The notes under the pieces are model-generated. The model saw nothing but the letters and a program-made list of their open reading frames with translations, did not search any database and was not told the DNA's origin. From an uncultured Gemmatimonadales bacterium (lineage in GTDB: Bacteria > Gemmatimonadota > Gemmatimonadetes > Gemmatimonadales > GWC2-71-9): 64,000 nucleotides of DNA. The stretch covers positions 32,001-96,000 of the forward strand of contig CAWGED010000004.1 of the NCBI GenBank assembly GCA_963821525.1, read 5' to 3'. Of this stretch, positions 11,752-21,703 are shown in pieces (positions within the stretch are counted from its first letter, which is position 1; each line of letters starts with the position of its first letter). A program made the position numbers and the translations under genes.

Positions 11752-11775
11752 CCCCCTTCCCTATTGGGAAGGGGG
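11752..11775. repeat. Perfect 10-bp REP-like palindrome CCCCCTTCCC-TATT-GGGAAGGGGG
   Basis: Seen directly in the intergenic region. Confidence 0.7.
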
Positions 11776-11806
11776 TACGCCGTCATGCTCTGTTCGCCTC
11801 GTTTAA

Positions 11807-14447
11807 TCAGTCAGCACCCACTGCCCGAACCCATTCCCCACCACCCGTCACCTTGTCCGCCCTGTCCGTCCCGTCCGCCTGCTGCCTCCGCCCTCCCGCC
11901 CTTACCGCCGCTCTCTCAAACTCCTCCCTCGCCTTCTGAATCCGCCCGAGCACCGTTTGCAGCTCGGCTTCACTGTTCCAGGCTTCGCTCGCCCTCACCG
12001 CCTGATCCAGCCGGTCGAGCCAGGCAATGAAGTATTCCGCAGCCGCCTGATCACGAGGAGGGACGCCGCCCACCGTCAGGTAAATCGGGCTCGTGGTCCC
12101 GAAGGGATACAGGTCGAGCACTGGAGCGATCGGCGCGGTCGGCATAGGCCCGGAGAGTGTACCAGCCGCTTTTCGTCGCCCGTAGAGTCAGTACGGTGTC
12201 CTTGGCGGTGTGATCCCCGCTGAGCGGCAGGTCAGCTACGATTTCCCCATTGGCGATCAATTGGAGGTGATCTACCGGAACGTAGGAGCGCAACCAGACT
12301 TCGAAGCGGACCTCGCCTCCGCCGGCAGGGAGCTTCACTTCCTGACCCACCTCCGCGCCGTTGGCCTTGAGCGACACCAGCGGTCCGTTGGTCGCCATGC
12401 TCTTGCCTGCCTTCAGCGCGGCGAGCCATCGAGAATGGTCCAGCGGGACCGGCGAGCGGACAAATACCCGGTCGGTTCCCAACGGTCCCCGCAGCGAGGC
12501 AAAGTTGGTCATCGCGTCGGTACCGGCACCGGCCGGGATACGAAACCCGCAGTTCAGGAGCTGGTACCAGACCCTTGCGGTCGTCAGGTGGTCGCTGAAA
12601 CCCACGATCTCCATGTAGTCGATGTTACCCAGGCCCGCATCGATAGGCAGAGCATTGGTCAGGGCCGTCGCCGTGTCGGAGGGATCGGGGTACTCATCGA
12701 ACGGATGGACATACCCGAAGAGCGCGCCCTGCTGATGTCCCTGTTCGGCGACGAAGCTGTTGTCGGGAAAGAGACTGGCCGCTGGAGTTCCGGCATATCC
12801 GGCATAGCCCGGGAGCACCAGGTGTTTGGTCAGGCCGAGGAGCCCGGTGTGGCCCCATACGCTGGTGTGGTACTCCTGGTCGTGCGCGATCAGCAGGTCG
12901 GGTCGTGAGACCGGATCGGGCCGCCCGCTGAAGTAGCTCACATCGGGGATCCGGTCCTCTTTGTTCACGATCAGGTTCTCGACCACGTTCAGCCCCTCGG
13001 CACGGGCCTGGAACGCGAGGGTGGCCGGCGTCGCGTGGTAGTGGCCGCCGTAGTTCATGTGGACGTGGAGATCGCCGCTGGTCCATCCCTGGGTGCGCAG
13101 ATTGACCAGGCGATCCAGCCGCACCAGTCGAGCGGTGAGCTGATCCTCGGCGACGGTGACTTTCTCTCGATACACCCGGTATTCGGGGCCGTGGGTCACT
13201 TCGATGGTGGCATCCCCCGCCGGCATCGTCAGCGTCGAGGTCCCGGAGGTATGGAAGTAGCCGTACTCGTAGGATCGCTCCTGACGGTCAAAGGCATCGT
13301 CGGCGTGGCGCCAGGCATCGTCAGGCGCGACACTGCGGCCGTCGGGAAGGGAGACCGACACTCGCGCAGGGAGTTCGCGTCCGGTCGCGGCATCGACCAC
13401 CGTGACCTTGAGCCGCCCTACTCGCTCACGATAGGTGCGCTTGCCGATCTCGATCCCGGTGCGCGCTCCGCCGGGGACGGCCACCGTCCAGAGTGAGGTG
13501 TTTCCCCCTTCATTCGAGATGTAGGCGATGCGCCGCCCATCGGGAGACCAGCGTGGATTGGTGGCATCGAAATCCCCATAGGTGAGTTGCAGGGGATCGC
13601 CGCCGTCGGCGGTCATCAGCCAGAGCTGGTTCCACTGGCGGCCCAGGTAGCTGGAATAGACCACGCGCCGGCCGTCGGGAGACCATGCCGGCCGTGCCTT
13701 CCAGGTGGTCTCCTCGTCGTACAACGGCCGCAGCGGTGCGCCCGGAGTCGCAGGCATCCGCCAGAATCCTCCGGTTCCCCAGATCTTCCCGTGATTCGAC
13801 ACCACGATCAGCTCCCGGCTATCGGGAGACCAGGTCGGCGAGAGGTAGTGATCGAACCGGCTGTAGTAGTACCGGGGGAGGCCGCTATCGCGATCTTCCG
13901 TGAGACGCACTGCGGGCCCCGCCGCCATTCCGTTCTCGATTGGGATCAGGAAGATGTGCCAGCGGCCCTCGTAGGACGTGGACACGAAGGCGATGGACTT
14001 GCCATCGGGCGACCAGTGCGGCTCGACGTTGACCGCCCCGTTGGCGACGAGCGGGTGGGCATCCATCGTTTGCCGATCCACCACCCAGAGATCAACCGCA
14101 TCATTGCGATAGGAGGCGTAGACAATGCGGCGCCCGTCGGGGGACCAGTCGGGTTGATGGTCGTAGGCGCCGGTCGTGATCTGTTCGACATTCATGGTGC
14201 GCGAAGGCGCCGCCGGGACCGATCCGGCCCAGAGCGATCCCTGCATCGCGACGACAAGCTCTTTCCCGTCGGGAGACCAGGCGACTGAGGAGGGACCGCT
14301 CGTGACCTGAGGCAGATACATCTCCCGGTAGTAGTAATTGTGAGGGAGTTTGATCTGCTTCAGCACCGGCTCGCGCTGGGCCAGTACGGGGTTCGAGGCC
14401 AGCAACAAGAGGCCGCAGATGAACGCACATGAACGCAGTTGGATCAT
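11807..14447 (-). CDS. CehA/McbA-family metallohydrolase with N-terminal TolB-like (PD40) beta-propeller (frameshift near 12130)
   Basis: Repeated WSPDG motifs and PHP-like GDLHVH, GHTGLLG, YVHP and AGTD. Confidence 0.85.
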
Positions 14448-14526
14448 CGAGTCGCGACGTTTGGGTGTGCTCAACGGCGTAGTGGCCGGTCGCTTGCGCT
14501 TCGAGCCACACACTCGGAATTAGTAG

Positions 14527-15270
14527 CTAACAGCTAATGGCTAATGACATGGCTAATGACTGACGGCTGACTCGGCTCGACCCCAAAATTTCCGTCACCA
14601 CCCGATCGGCATGGATCCGGGCGGTATCAATCAGGGGAATGCCGACATCACGGGCTCCTCGCATGAGGAGCGGGATTTCCGTGCCAGCGAGCAGCACCCC
14701 ATCTGCCCCATCCCGTTTCAGGCGTTCGACCACGGCCAGGAACCCTTCGCGGGTCTCGTCGCGAAAGTTCTCGATGACGAGTTGTTCCATGTACGCGTCA
14801 TGAATGTAGACCTGATCCTCCGGTGAGGGCACGCGGATCGCCATTCCTCGACGGGCAAAGACGTCGGGATAGGCCCGGGCCTGCATGGTGAAGCGCGTCC
14901 CCAGCAGGCCCAGCACCTTGTGACCCCGCTGCTCGGCCGCATCGGCCGCGGCCTCCACGATGCTGAGAAGGGGAATCGGCGATCTGCGCGAAAGCTCGTC
15001 GAAGATGAGATGCGGCGTGTTCGAGGTGAGGACCCCGAAGTCGGCCCCGGCCCGCGCCAGCCGCTCGATCTCGGTCGTAAGCCAGTCGGCAAGCTCGGCG
15101 AGACGATTCTGTTCAAAGAGTCGTTTCAACCGGGCGAGGTTGAGGCTGTTGATCAGGATTTGAGGATAGCTGCCGTCGCCTGTTCGCTCGCGATAGGACG
15201 CGATGATCAGGCGATAGTAATCCACGGTCGAGGGTGGAGCGATCCCTCCGATCAGGCCAACGGTCTTCAT
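14527..15270 (-). CDS. Aspartate/glutamate racemase family protein
   Basis: MKTVGLIGGIAPPSTVDYY, SNTPH and LAGTEIP. The canonical catalytic Cys residues appear replaced (S, G). Confidence 0.85.
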   Translation of the reverse strand: MKTVGLIGGIAPPSTVDYYRLIIASYRERTGDGSYPQILINSLNLARLKRLFEQNRLAELADWLTTEIERLARAGADFGVLTSNTPHLIFDELSRRSPIPLLSIVEAAADAAEQRGHKVLGLLGTRFTMQARAYPDVFARRGMAIRVPSPEDQVYIHDAYMEQLVIENFRDETREGFLAVVERLKRDGADGVLLAGTEIPLLMRGARDVGIPLIDTARIHADRVVTEILGSSRVSRQSLAMSLAISC

Positions 15271-15850
15271 TCGGCGGGCATCTTTCCGTGCTTGAAGATG
15301 TCCCACCAGATCTTTTGGTCAGCTTCCGAGTAGATGCCTAGCAGCTGGATAATCTCCCGGGCGAACTCCACGCTCCCGATACCGCTCGCCGTGATGAGGT
15401 GGCCGTCCCGAACCGCCCATTCGTCGCTGTACCGGCTCTCATCCTGATATCCCGGTACCAGCGCGCTGAGATACGCCTTGCTGTTGCTGGTGTGCTGGCG
15501 GCCTTTCATCATTCCCATTTGGCCCACAGCGACGGTCGCACCACAGATAGCCGCAACCGGTACCCCTGCGGCGTCGAAGGTCTTGACCACCCTGGTGAGT
15601 TCGGGCCCCGGCGGCCCCTGCTCCCACATGTCACCTCCGGGCAGGATCAGCAGCGCGGCACCGTCTGCAGTGACCTCGGCCAGAGTAAGATCCGGGGTGA
15701 CACGGAGTCCTCCCATCGAAGTCACCACGTCGGGCCCAAAGCCGACGGTCCTGACCTCGAAGCGGCCGCTCTTCTTCACTTCGCACATAGCCAGAGCCGG
15801 TTCCCAATCGGCGTAGCCGTCGAAGACGAGGACGAAGACAACTGAGCCAT
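15267..15850 (-). CDS. DJ-1/PfpI family protein (start frameshifted)
   Basis: Motifs FDGYADWE, LILPGG, AAICG and LITASG. Confidence 0.85.
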
Positions 15851-15953
15851 CAGCCGTCAGCCGTTAGCGGCGTTAGCCGGCAAGCCGTATGGCGCGTTGC
15901 TGTATCCCTATTCCCTATTCCCTATTCTCCCGTCTCCCGCTCCCGTTCCCGTC

Positions 15954-17345
15954 TTACGCCTCCCGTCTCCTCCCCCGCCAGTACACCGCCAGACCCATCA
16001 CCACGAACCCCAGCGCCCCGCCAACCACCTTCAACTCAAACAAAAGGACGCTCGGCGTGTCGCTTGGAGGCACCACGGCGACGCCCATCGCAAGCAGGGT
16101 AAGCCCAAGGCCAGCGATCGCGACCAGCCAAGGTTTGATACCCCGAGCGGTCGGAGAAGGATTACGACGGGTGAAGAGCAGGTAAGCGGTAAAGAGGTAG
16201 AGATAGGGGATGAAGTACACCAGCAGCATGGTGTCGAGGATGATCAGATACGCTTTCTCGACCGTGGTGCCCCTTCCCAGCACCGACAGAAAAAGGAAGA
16301 CCGTTGCAAAGGAGGACTGCACCAGGATCGCGACGTATGGCGTCTTCCACTTGGGATGGATCCGGCCAAAGGCCGGCGGGAAGTACCGATCGATGCCGAT
16401 CATGAAGGCGACCCGCGCGGGACCGGTAAGCCAGGCGCCGATTCCTCCGATATTGCCGATCACGTAGAGCAGGGCCATGCCCGGCACCAGCCACGCGACC
16501 ACCGAACCTGCTGCTTCCGCTCCTGCGGCCACGGCCTGCAGAAATCCGGAAACCACGTTGACCTTGTCGGTGGGAACCAACCAGAGCACCGAGGCGGTGC
16601 CGACCAGGTACAACAGGATGATGAATGGAGCCGACAGAAAAATGGACCGCGGCAGGGTGCGGGCGGGATCCTTGGTCTCCCCGGCCATGACCGAGCACAG
16701 CTCCAGGCCGGCGAAGGCAAAGGCGATCGTCGCCCAGAGGTTGATCGAAGAGAAATCGGCCAGGTCGGGCACCAGCGAGCTTGGGGTGATGGGAGTCGCG
16801 GAACCCCGATGGACAAAGGCCCAGATCCCGAAGCCCATCAGAGCAACACCAGGCAGGTAGCTCGCGACCGCCCCGATGTTTTGCAGCCACTTGCCGGTCC
16901 CCAACCCGACGATGTTCATGAACGTCGCGAACCAGAGCATGCCCAGCGTCGCGGGAAGGACGTAGGACCAGTTGTTCACCAGCTCGGTATTCCCTCGCCC
17001 CACCACGAAGGTCGCGATGACCGCCGTGGACATGAGCAGATTGGGATAGTAGAGCAGGTTGTTGACCCAGTAGCACCAACCGCACAGGAAGCCGTGCGAG
17101 TCGCCGAAGGCGCGCTTGGCCCAGGAGTAGATCCCACCCTCGTCGGGAAAGCGCGAGGCCAGCTCGGCGACCGCGAGTCCCTGCGGGATGAAGAAGAAGA
17201 GCGCCGCCAGTACCCAGAGCGTAAGGGAGCTGGGGCCGGCTGCCGCCGCCGTCGCCAGCCAGCGCAAACTGAGAACCGCGACGACGTTGAACAACACGAG
17301 GTCGCGGAGGCCCAGAGTCCGTGGAAGAGCCTTGGGGTCCGTGAT
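15954..17345 (-). CDS. APC-family amino acid/polyamine permease
   Basis: About 12 hydrophobic segments, with AELASRFPDEGGIYSW and AFAGLE. Start uncertain. Confidence 0.9.
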   Translation of the reverse strand: MTDPKALPRTLGLRDLVLFNVVAVLSLRWLATAAAAGPSSLTLWVLAALFFFIPQGLAVAELASRFPDEGGIYSWAKRAFGDSHGFLCGWCYWVNNLLYYPNLLMSTAVIATFVVGRGNTELVNNWSYVLPATLGMLWFATFMNIVGLGTGKWLQNIGAVASYLPGVALMGFGIWAFVHRGSATPITPSSLVPDLADFSSINLWATIAFAFAGLELCSVMAGETKDPARTLPRSIFLSAPFIILLYLVGTASVLWLVPTDKVNVVSGFLQAVAAGAEAAGSVVAWLVPGMALLYVIGNIGGIGAWLTGPARVAFMIGIDRYFPPAFGRIHPKWKTPYVAILVQSSFATVFLFLSVLGRGTTVEKAYLIILDTMLLVYFIPYLYLFTAYLLFTRRNPSPTARGIKPWLVAIAGLGLTLLAMGVAVVPPSDTPSVLLFELKVVGGALGFVVMGLAVYWRGRRREA

Positions 17346-17370
17346 AGGGGGCGGCCCTCCGGGCCGGGTC

Positions 17371-17480
17371 GATTGAAGATTGAAGATTGAAGATGTCAGA
17401 TTGAACTGCAGCTGAGAGCTATTAGCTGAATTAGCTAACAGCTAACAGCTTTGCTGACGGCTGACGGCTGACGGCTGCCG
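17371..17480. repeat. Heptamer tandem repeats (GATTGAA, AGCTAAC, GCTGACG)
   Basis: Seen directly in the intergenic region. Confidence 0.75.
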
Positions 17481-17490
17481 GCCGTCCGAG

Positions 17491-18255
17491 CTACCCCAAG
17501 TACAGCTTCTTGGGATCCAGCACTTCCCGCAGCAGACGCAATTCCTCTGCCCCGGGCGGAGCGATGAGGTCGAGGTGATCCCGGGCGAGCAGGGGCCAGC
17601 CCACGCTGCTCTTTACGTCTTCGACTGCGACGTCGGGATAGATCGCAGTGAGCACCATCTCACCGGTTTCCGGATCCGATTCGAGGATGCCCTTGTCGGT
17701 GATCACCTTGACCGGACCCGCGCCCGGCATGCCGAGTTCTCGACGGGACTTGCCCTTGCAGCGTTGACCGGGACTGGTGAGGAAATCCAATTCCGCGGGG
17801 AAGGCTCGCGGATTGAGCCGGCTGATGATGAGCACCCGTTGGGCGTGGATCGCGATTTCCGCGGCACCGCCGGAGCCGGGCAGCCGCACTTTGGGCTTCT
17901 GATACTTGCCGATCACCGTGGTGTTGATGTTGCCGAAGCGGTCCACCTGCGCCCCGCCGAGGAAGCCGACTTCGATCTTCCCGTTCTGCAGAAAGAGCTG
18001 GAACACGTCCGCCATGCTGCAGACCATCAGCGATCCGGTAACCAGCGAGGGATCGCCGATCGAGACCGGCAGCCTCTCGGGCACGGCGCCCACGGCACCG
18101 GACTCGTAGATCAACACCAGGTCGGGCGCCTGGAGGGCACGCGCGAGGTTGCAGGCCAGGTTAGGCAGACCGATCCCAACGAAGACCACCTCGCCGTTCG
18201 CGAGCTCGCGCGCGGCCACGGCGGACATCATTTCTGAGGGCGAGTAGCCAGTCAT
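17491..18255 (-). CDS. CoA-transferase subunit B (glutaconate/3-oxoadipate CoA-transferase-like)
   Basis: Motifs FVGIGLP, LIYESG, FLGGAQVDRFGNIN and RLPGSGG. Confidence 0.9.
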   Translation of the reverse strand: MTGYSPSEMMSAVAARELANGEVVFVGIGLPNLACNLARALQAPDLVLIYESGAVGAVPERLPVSIGDPSLVTGSLMVCSMADVFQLFLQNGKIEVGFLGGAQVDRFGNINTTVIGKYQKPKVRLPGSGGAAEIAIHAQRVLIISRLNPRAFPAELDFLTSPGQRCKGKSRRELGMPGAGPVKVITDKGILESDPETGEMVLTAIYPDVAVEDVKSSVGWPLLARDHLDLIAPPGAEELRLLREVLDPKKLYLG

Positions 18256-18273
18256 TGGGTCAACTGGCAACCT

Positions 18274-18349
18274 GTCATCCTGAGCGAAGCGAAGGATCTT
18301 GCAGTCCCGAATAAGATCCCTCGGGCGCTCCGCGACCCTCTGAGATGAC
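18274..18349. repeat. REP-like palindromic element GTCATCCTGAGCGAAGCGAAGGATCT...AGATCC...GATGAC
   Basis: Nested inverted repeats between the two CoA-transferase genes. A related GAGCGAAGCG hairpin lies at 1202-1233. Confidence 0.6.
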
Positions 18350-18374
18350 CATGACTTGGGAAGCAGGCATGTCA

Positions 18375-19280
18375 TCAGAATCCATAATTCACCCCCGCCG
18401 CCATCTGCGTCCCAGCCTTCAATCGCTCTTTGAGCTCAGGCTGACGCGCCATGTACTCGGCGCGGTCCCGGACTCCGTGCACGAACTCGTCGAGATACGC
18501 TTGCAGCTTTTCGGGATCGCGGGAGATCGGCTCCCAGTTCACGTAGAAGTCGTTGTCCCGGTCGTAATAACCCTGGGCGTAAGAAGGATGCGCGCCCCAC
18601 GGTTCCACCACGACGGCATCAACGATCATTCCCGGTATCAGCGTCCGGTTCGGGTCTGCGCGGATGACCGATTCGTCCACCAGCTCCTCGACTACCACGA
18701 TCACTCGCTGCGAAGCGAAGGCCGCTTCCTTCTGGACGCCGAGCAGGCCCCAGACCTGGGTGTTTCCCTGCTCGTCGGCCCGCTGCGCGTGGATGATGGT
18801 GACATCGGGGCGAAGGGCCGGGACGGTTGCAAGCTCGACCCCGGTGTAGGGACAGGTCACCGTCCTGATCAGCGGGTTCGCGACCGGAAGATCGGTGCCC
18901 ATGTAGTTCTTCATGGGCCAGAACGGCAATCCCGCGGCCCCGGCGCTCATTCGCGCCACCATCCCGAAGTGGCTGTACTCCTCGATCTCGAGTGGCGGAG
19001 TCCCCTGCTCCACCGCACGCCGGAAGGCATGCAGCGAACCGGCGCCCGGATTGCCGGCCCAGGAGAAGACCAGCTTCTTGGCACAGCCGGCGCCGATCAT
19101 CTGGTCATAGATGAGATCGGGCGTGAGCCGGCAGATGGTGAGATCCTTCCGCCCCTGGCGGATGATCTCGTGGCCGGCCGCGAAGCAGATGAGGTGGGTG
19201 AACCCTTCGATCACCACGGTATCGCCGTCGTGCACATGGGCGGCGATCGCGTCTTTCATCGAGACCAGTTTGCTCTTCAT
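18375..19280 (-). CDS. CoA-transferase subunit A (glutaconate/3-oxoadipate CoA-transferase-like)
   Basis: Motifs EGFTHLI, DQMIGAG, PDVTIIHAQRAD and WGAHPSYAQGYYDRD. Confidence 0.9.
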   Translation of the reverse strand: MKSKLVSMKDAIAAHVHDGDTVVIEGFTHLICFAAGHEIIRQGRKDLTICRLTPDLIYDQMIGAGCAKKLVFSWAGNPGAGSLHAFRRAVEQGTPPLEIEEYSHFGMVARMSAGAAGLPFWPMKNYMGTDLPVANPLIRTVTCPYTGVELATVPALRPDVTIIHAQRADEQGNTQVWGLLGVQKEAAFASQRVIVVVEELVDESVIRADPNRTLIPGMIVDAVVVEPWGAHPSYAQGYYDRDNDFYVNWEPISRDPEKLQAYLDEFVHGVRDRAEYMARQPELKERLKAGTQMAAGVNYGF

Positions 19281-19425
19281 GCCTGGTGGCCCGGGTTAGA
19301 TCGGCAACGGACTGCTCGCATCCATCACCGTGATCTCGACTAGGAGTGGAATCGGTGGCTGGAGACGGGGAGCTATCCTATCGAGCGCGAGGGCGCGGTG
19401 CCAGAGGCGATCGCTTCGATGCCCT

Positions 19426-20091
19426 TCAGCTCGTGAATGAGATGGCTCGGCTGCCCCGGTGAGGTGGCCGTTCCAACAGGGCCGCCGCCGCTTCCCCATC
19501 CCTTCGCTCCAGCGCCTCGAGCAGGCCACGATGTTCCCGATCGAAAGTCTCCCGGTGCTTGAGCATGAGCCCGTGAGAGAGCCAGTAGCGGTCTACCCGT
19601 CGCAGGAGACCGGTGATCAGCTCCTGGAGGCGGGGCCGGTCGTCGAGACCGTAGATGGCCTCGTGGAATTCCACGTCCAGGACACCCCACTGGGCGCCGC
19701 CGTGAGTACGCTCCGCACGGTCGAGTAGCGCCCTGGCGGCGGCGAGCTGAAGCGGAGTGAGCCGACTGGCCGCACGACGAATCGCCGCGGTCTCGAGGAT
19801 GACCCGGATTTCGTAGATCTCCCGGATCTCTTCCGAGGTCAGTGCGCTGACCGTGGCCCCCCGGTTGGGCTGGTAGGTGACCAGTCCTTCGGACTCGAGC
19901 TGGCGCAGCGCTTCACGAACGGGGATGTGACTGACCCGAAGCTGAGCCGCGATTTCATCCTGAGGAAGCGGTTCGTTGCCCCGGAGGTGTCCGGTGATGA
20001 TCGCCTCCCGCAGCACCGAAGCCACCATTTCATGGGTGGGTTGGCGCCGGCGGGGGCGTTCGAGTCGCTCCAGGATCTGGTCAAGCTCCAC
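19426..20091 (-). CDS. GntR family transcriptional regulator (FCD domain; C-terminal frameshift likely)
   Basis: HTH VSHIPVREALRQLESEGLV and FCD motifs FH and EH. Divergent from kamA. Confidence 0.9.
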   Translation of the reverse strand: MELDQILERLERPRRRQPTHEMVASVLREAIITGHLRGNEPLPQDEIAAQLRVSHIPVREALRQLESEGLVTYQPNRGATVSALTSEEIREIYEIRVILETAAIRRAASRLTPLQLAAARALLDRAERTHGGAQWGVLDVEFHEAIYGLDDRPRLQELITGLLRRVDRYWLSHGLMLKHRETFDREHRGLLEALERRDGEAAAALLERPPHRGSRAISFTS

Positions 20092-20141
20092 GCTTTGGAC
20101 TCGCCGAATGCAGGGTTTTCAGGCTCAACGCTTGCGGGATC

Positions 20142-20154
20142 ATATATTATATAT
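20142..20154. promoter_or_regulatory. Candidate GntR operator ATATAT-T-ATATAT
   Basis: Pure-AT palindrome in the gntR/kamA divergent intergenic region of a GC-rich genome. Confidence 0.45.
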
Positions 20155-20212
20155 TACCTTCGCCAAAGTCAATAAGCACCAAGCACATCCGCGCTCAGAG
20201 ACAGGTGCCGCC

Positions 20213-21703
20213 ATGATCTCGAAAGAGTTACCGGACACTCGCGTCAGCGGCCAGCCCGTTCCCTACCCGCCGGCCTTTGAGTACGTGGAGCCCGACTGGA
20301 GACGTCTGCCCGGCTACCGGGACGTGACGCCGGAGGAGTGGGAAAGCGCGGTCTGGCAGCGCAAGCACACCGTCAAGAACCTGAAAGAGTTCAAGGCCGC
20401 GTTGGGCGATCACCTGCCCGAGAGCCTGGCTGCGAGCATCCAGCGCGATCACGATGAGCGGGCCACCATGTCCATGCTCATTCCGCCCCAGATGCTCAAT
20501 ACGATGAACGTCGATCAGCTCTGGGAAGATCCGGTGCGGCGCTACATGGCGCCCGCCTTCGATGACCGGCGGACCGACTGGGCCAACCATCCCAAGGCCT
20601 CACGCGACAGCCTGCATGAAGCCGAGATGTGGCAGGTCGAGGGGCTGACCCATCGGTACCCGACCAAGGTTCTCGCCGAGCTGTTGTCCACCTGTCCCCA
20701 GTACTGCGGGCACTGCACCCGCATGGACCTGGTGGGCAACGACGTGCCCCAGGTCGAGAAGCTCAAGTTCAACACGCCGCAGAAGGACCGGCACCAGCAG
20801 ATTCTCGAGTATCTGAGGAAGACTCCGACGGTGCGGGACGTGGTGGTGTCGGGCGGCGACATCGCCAACCTGCCGATCACCGTGCTCGAGCCCTTCGTGA
20901 GCGCGTTGCTCGATATCGAGAACATCCGGGACATCCGCCTGGCCAGCAAAGGCCTGATGGCCATCCCGCAGCACTTCCTGCAGGACTCGGTGCTGCAGGG
21001 ACTGGAGCGGCTGGCGAAGAAGGCGTTCGAGCGGGGCGTGGACCTGGCGCTGCACACCCACGTGAATCACGCCCAGCAGGTGACGCCGCTGGTGGGCAAG
21101 GCGGCCCGCAAGCTGCTCGAGGCGGGCTTCCGCGACGTGCGCAACCAGGGCGTGCTGCTCCGCGGGGTGAACACCACCCCCAAGGACCTGCTCGAGCTGT
21201 GCTTCATGCTGCTCGATCACGCCAAGATCATGCCCTACTACTTCTACATGTGCGACATGATCCCCAACTCCGAGCACTGGCGGCTGGGGGTCTTCGAGGC
21301 GCAGCAGCTGCAGCACGACATCATGGGCTACCTCCCCGGCTTCGCGACACCGCGCATCGTGTGCGACGTGCCCTACGTCGGGAAGCGCTGGGTGCACCAG
21401 CTCGCCGCCTACGACCGCGAGAAGGGCATCTCCTACTGGACCAAGAACTACCGGACCAGCATCGAGATGGACGTGCCCGATGTCATGACCCGGCAGTACG
21501 AGTACTTCGATCCGATCTATCTGCTGCCCGAGTCGGGCCAGGAATGGTGGCGGGAGCAGATGCTCGCGAGAGAGAGTTCCGGCCCACGTGTAGCAGAGGT
21601 GTCAGGGATAGGAGTCGGGAGTCAGGGAGACAGGCCCTACTCCCCAACCCCTGACTCCCTGATTCCCCATGAAGACATGACAAACACGAAACCTCGTCAC
21701 TGA
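20213..21703 (+). CDS. kamA: Lysine 2,3-aminomutase (KamA family radical SAM enzyme)
   Basis: GLTHRYPTK, CPQYCGHC (CxxxCxxC), VVSGGD, NQGVLLRGVN and PYYFYMCD. Confidence 0.9.
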   Translation: MISKELPDTRVSGQPVPYPPAFEYVEPDWRRLPGYRDVTPEEWESAVWQRKHTVKNLKEFKAALGDHLPESLAASIQRDHDERATMSMLIPPQMLNTMNVDQLWEDPVRRYMAPAFDDRRTDWANHPKASRDSLHEAEMWQVEGLTHRYPTKVLAELLSTCPQYCGHCTRMDLVGNDVPQVEKLKFNTPQKDRHQQILEYLRKTPTVRDVVVSGGDIANLPITVLEPFVSALLDIENIRDIRLASKGLMAIPQHFLQDSVLQGLERLAKKAFERGVDLALHTHVNHAQQVTPLVGKAARKLLEAGFRDVRNQGVLLRGVNTTPKDLLELCFMLLDHAKIMPYYFYMCDMIPNSEHWRLGVFEAQQLQHDIMGYLPGFATPRIVCDVPYVGKRWVHQLAAYDREKGISYWTKNYRTSIEMDVPDVMTRQYEYFDPIYLLPESGQEWWREQMLARESSGPRVAEVSGIGVGSQGDRPYSPTPDSLIPHEDMTNTKPRH

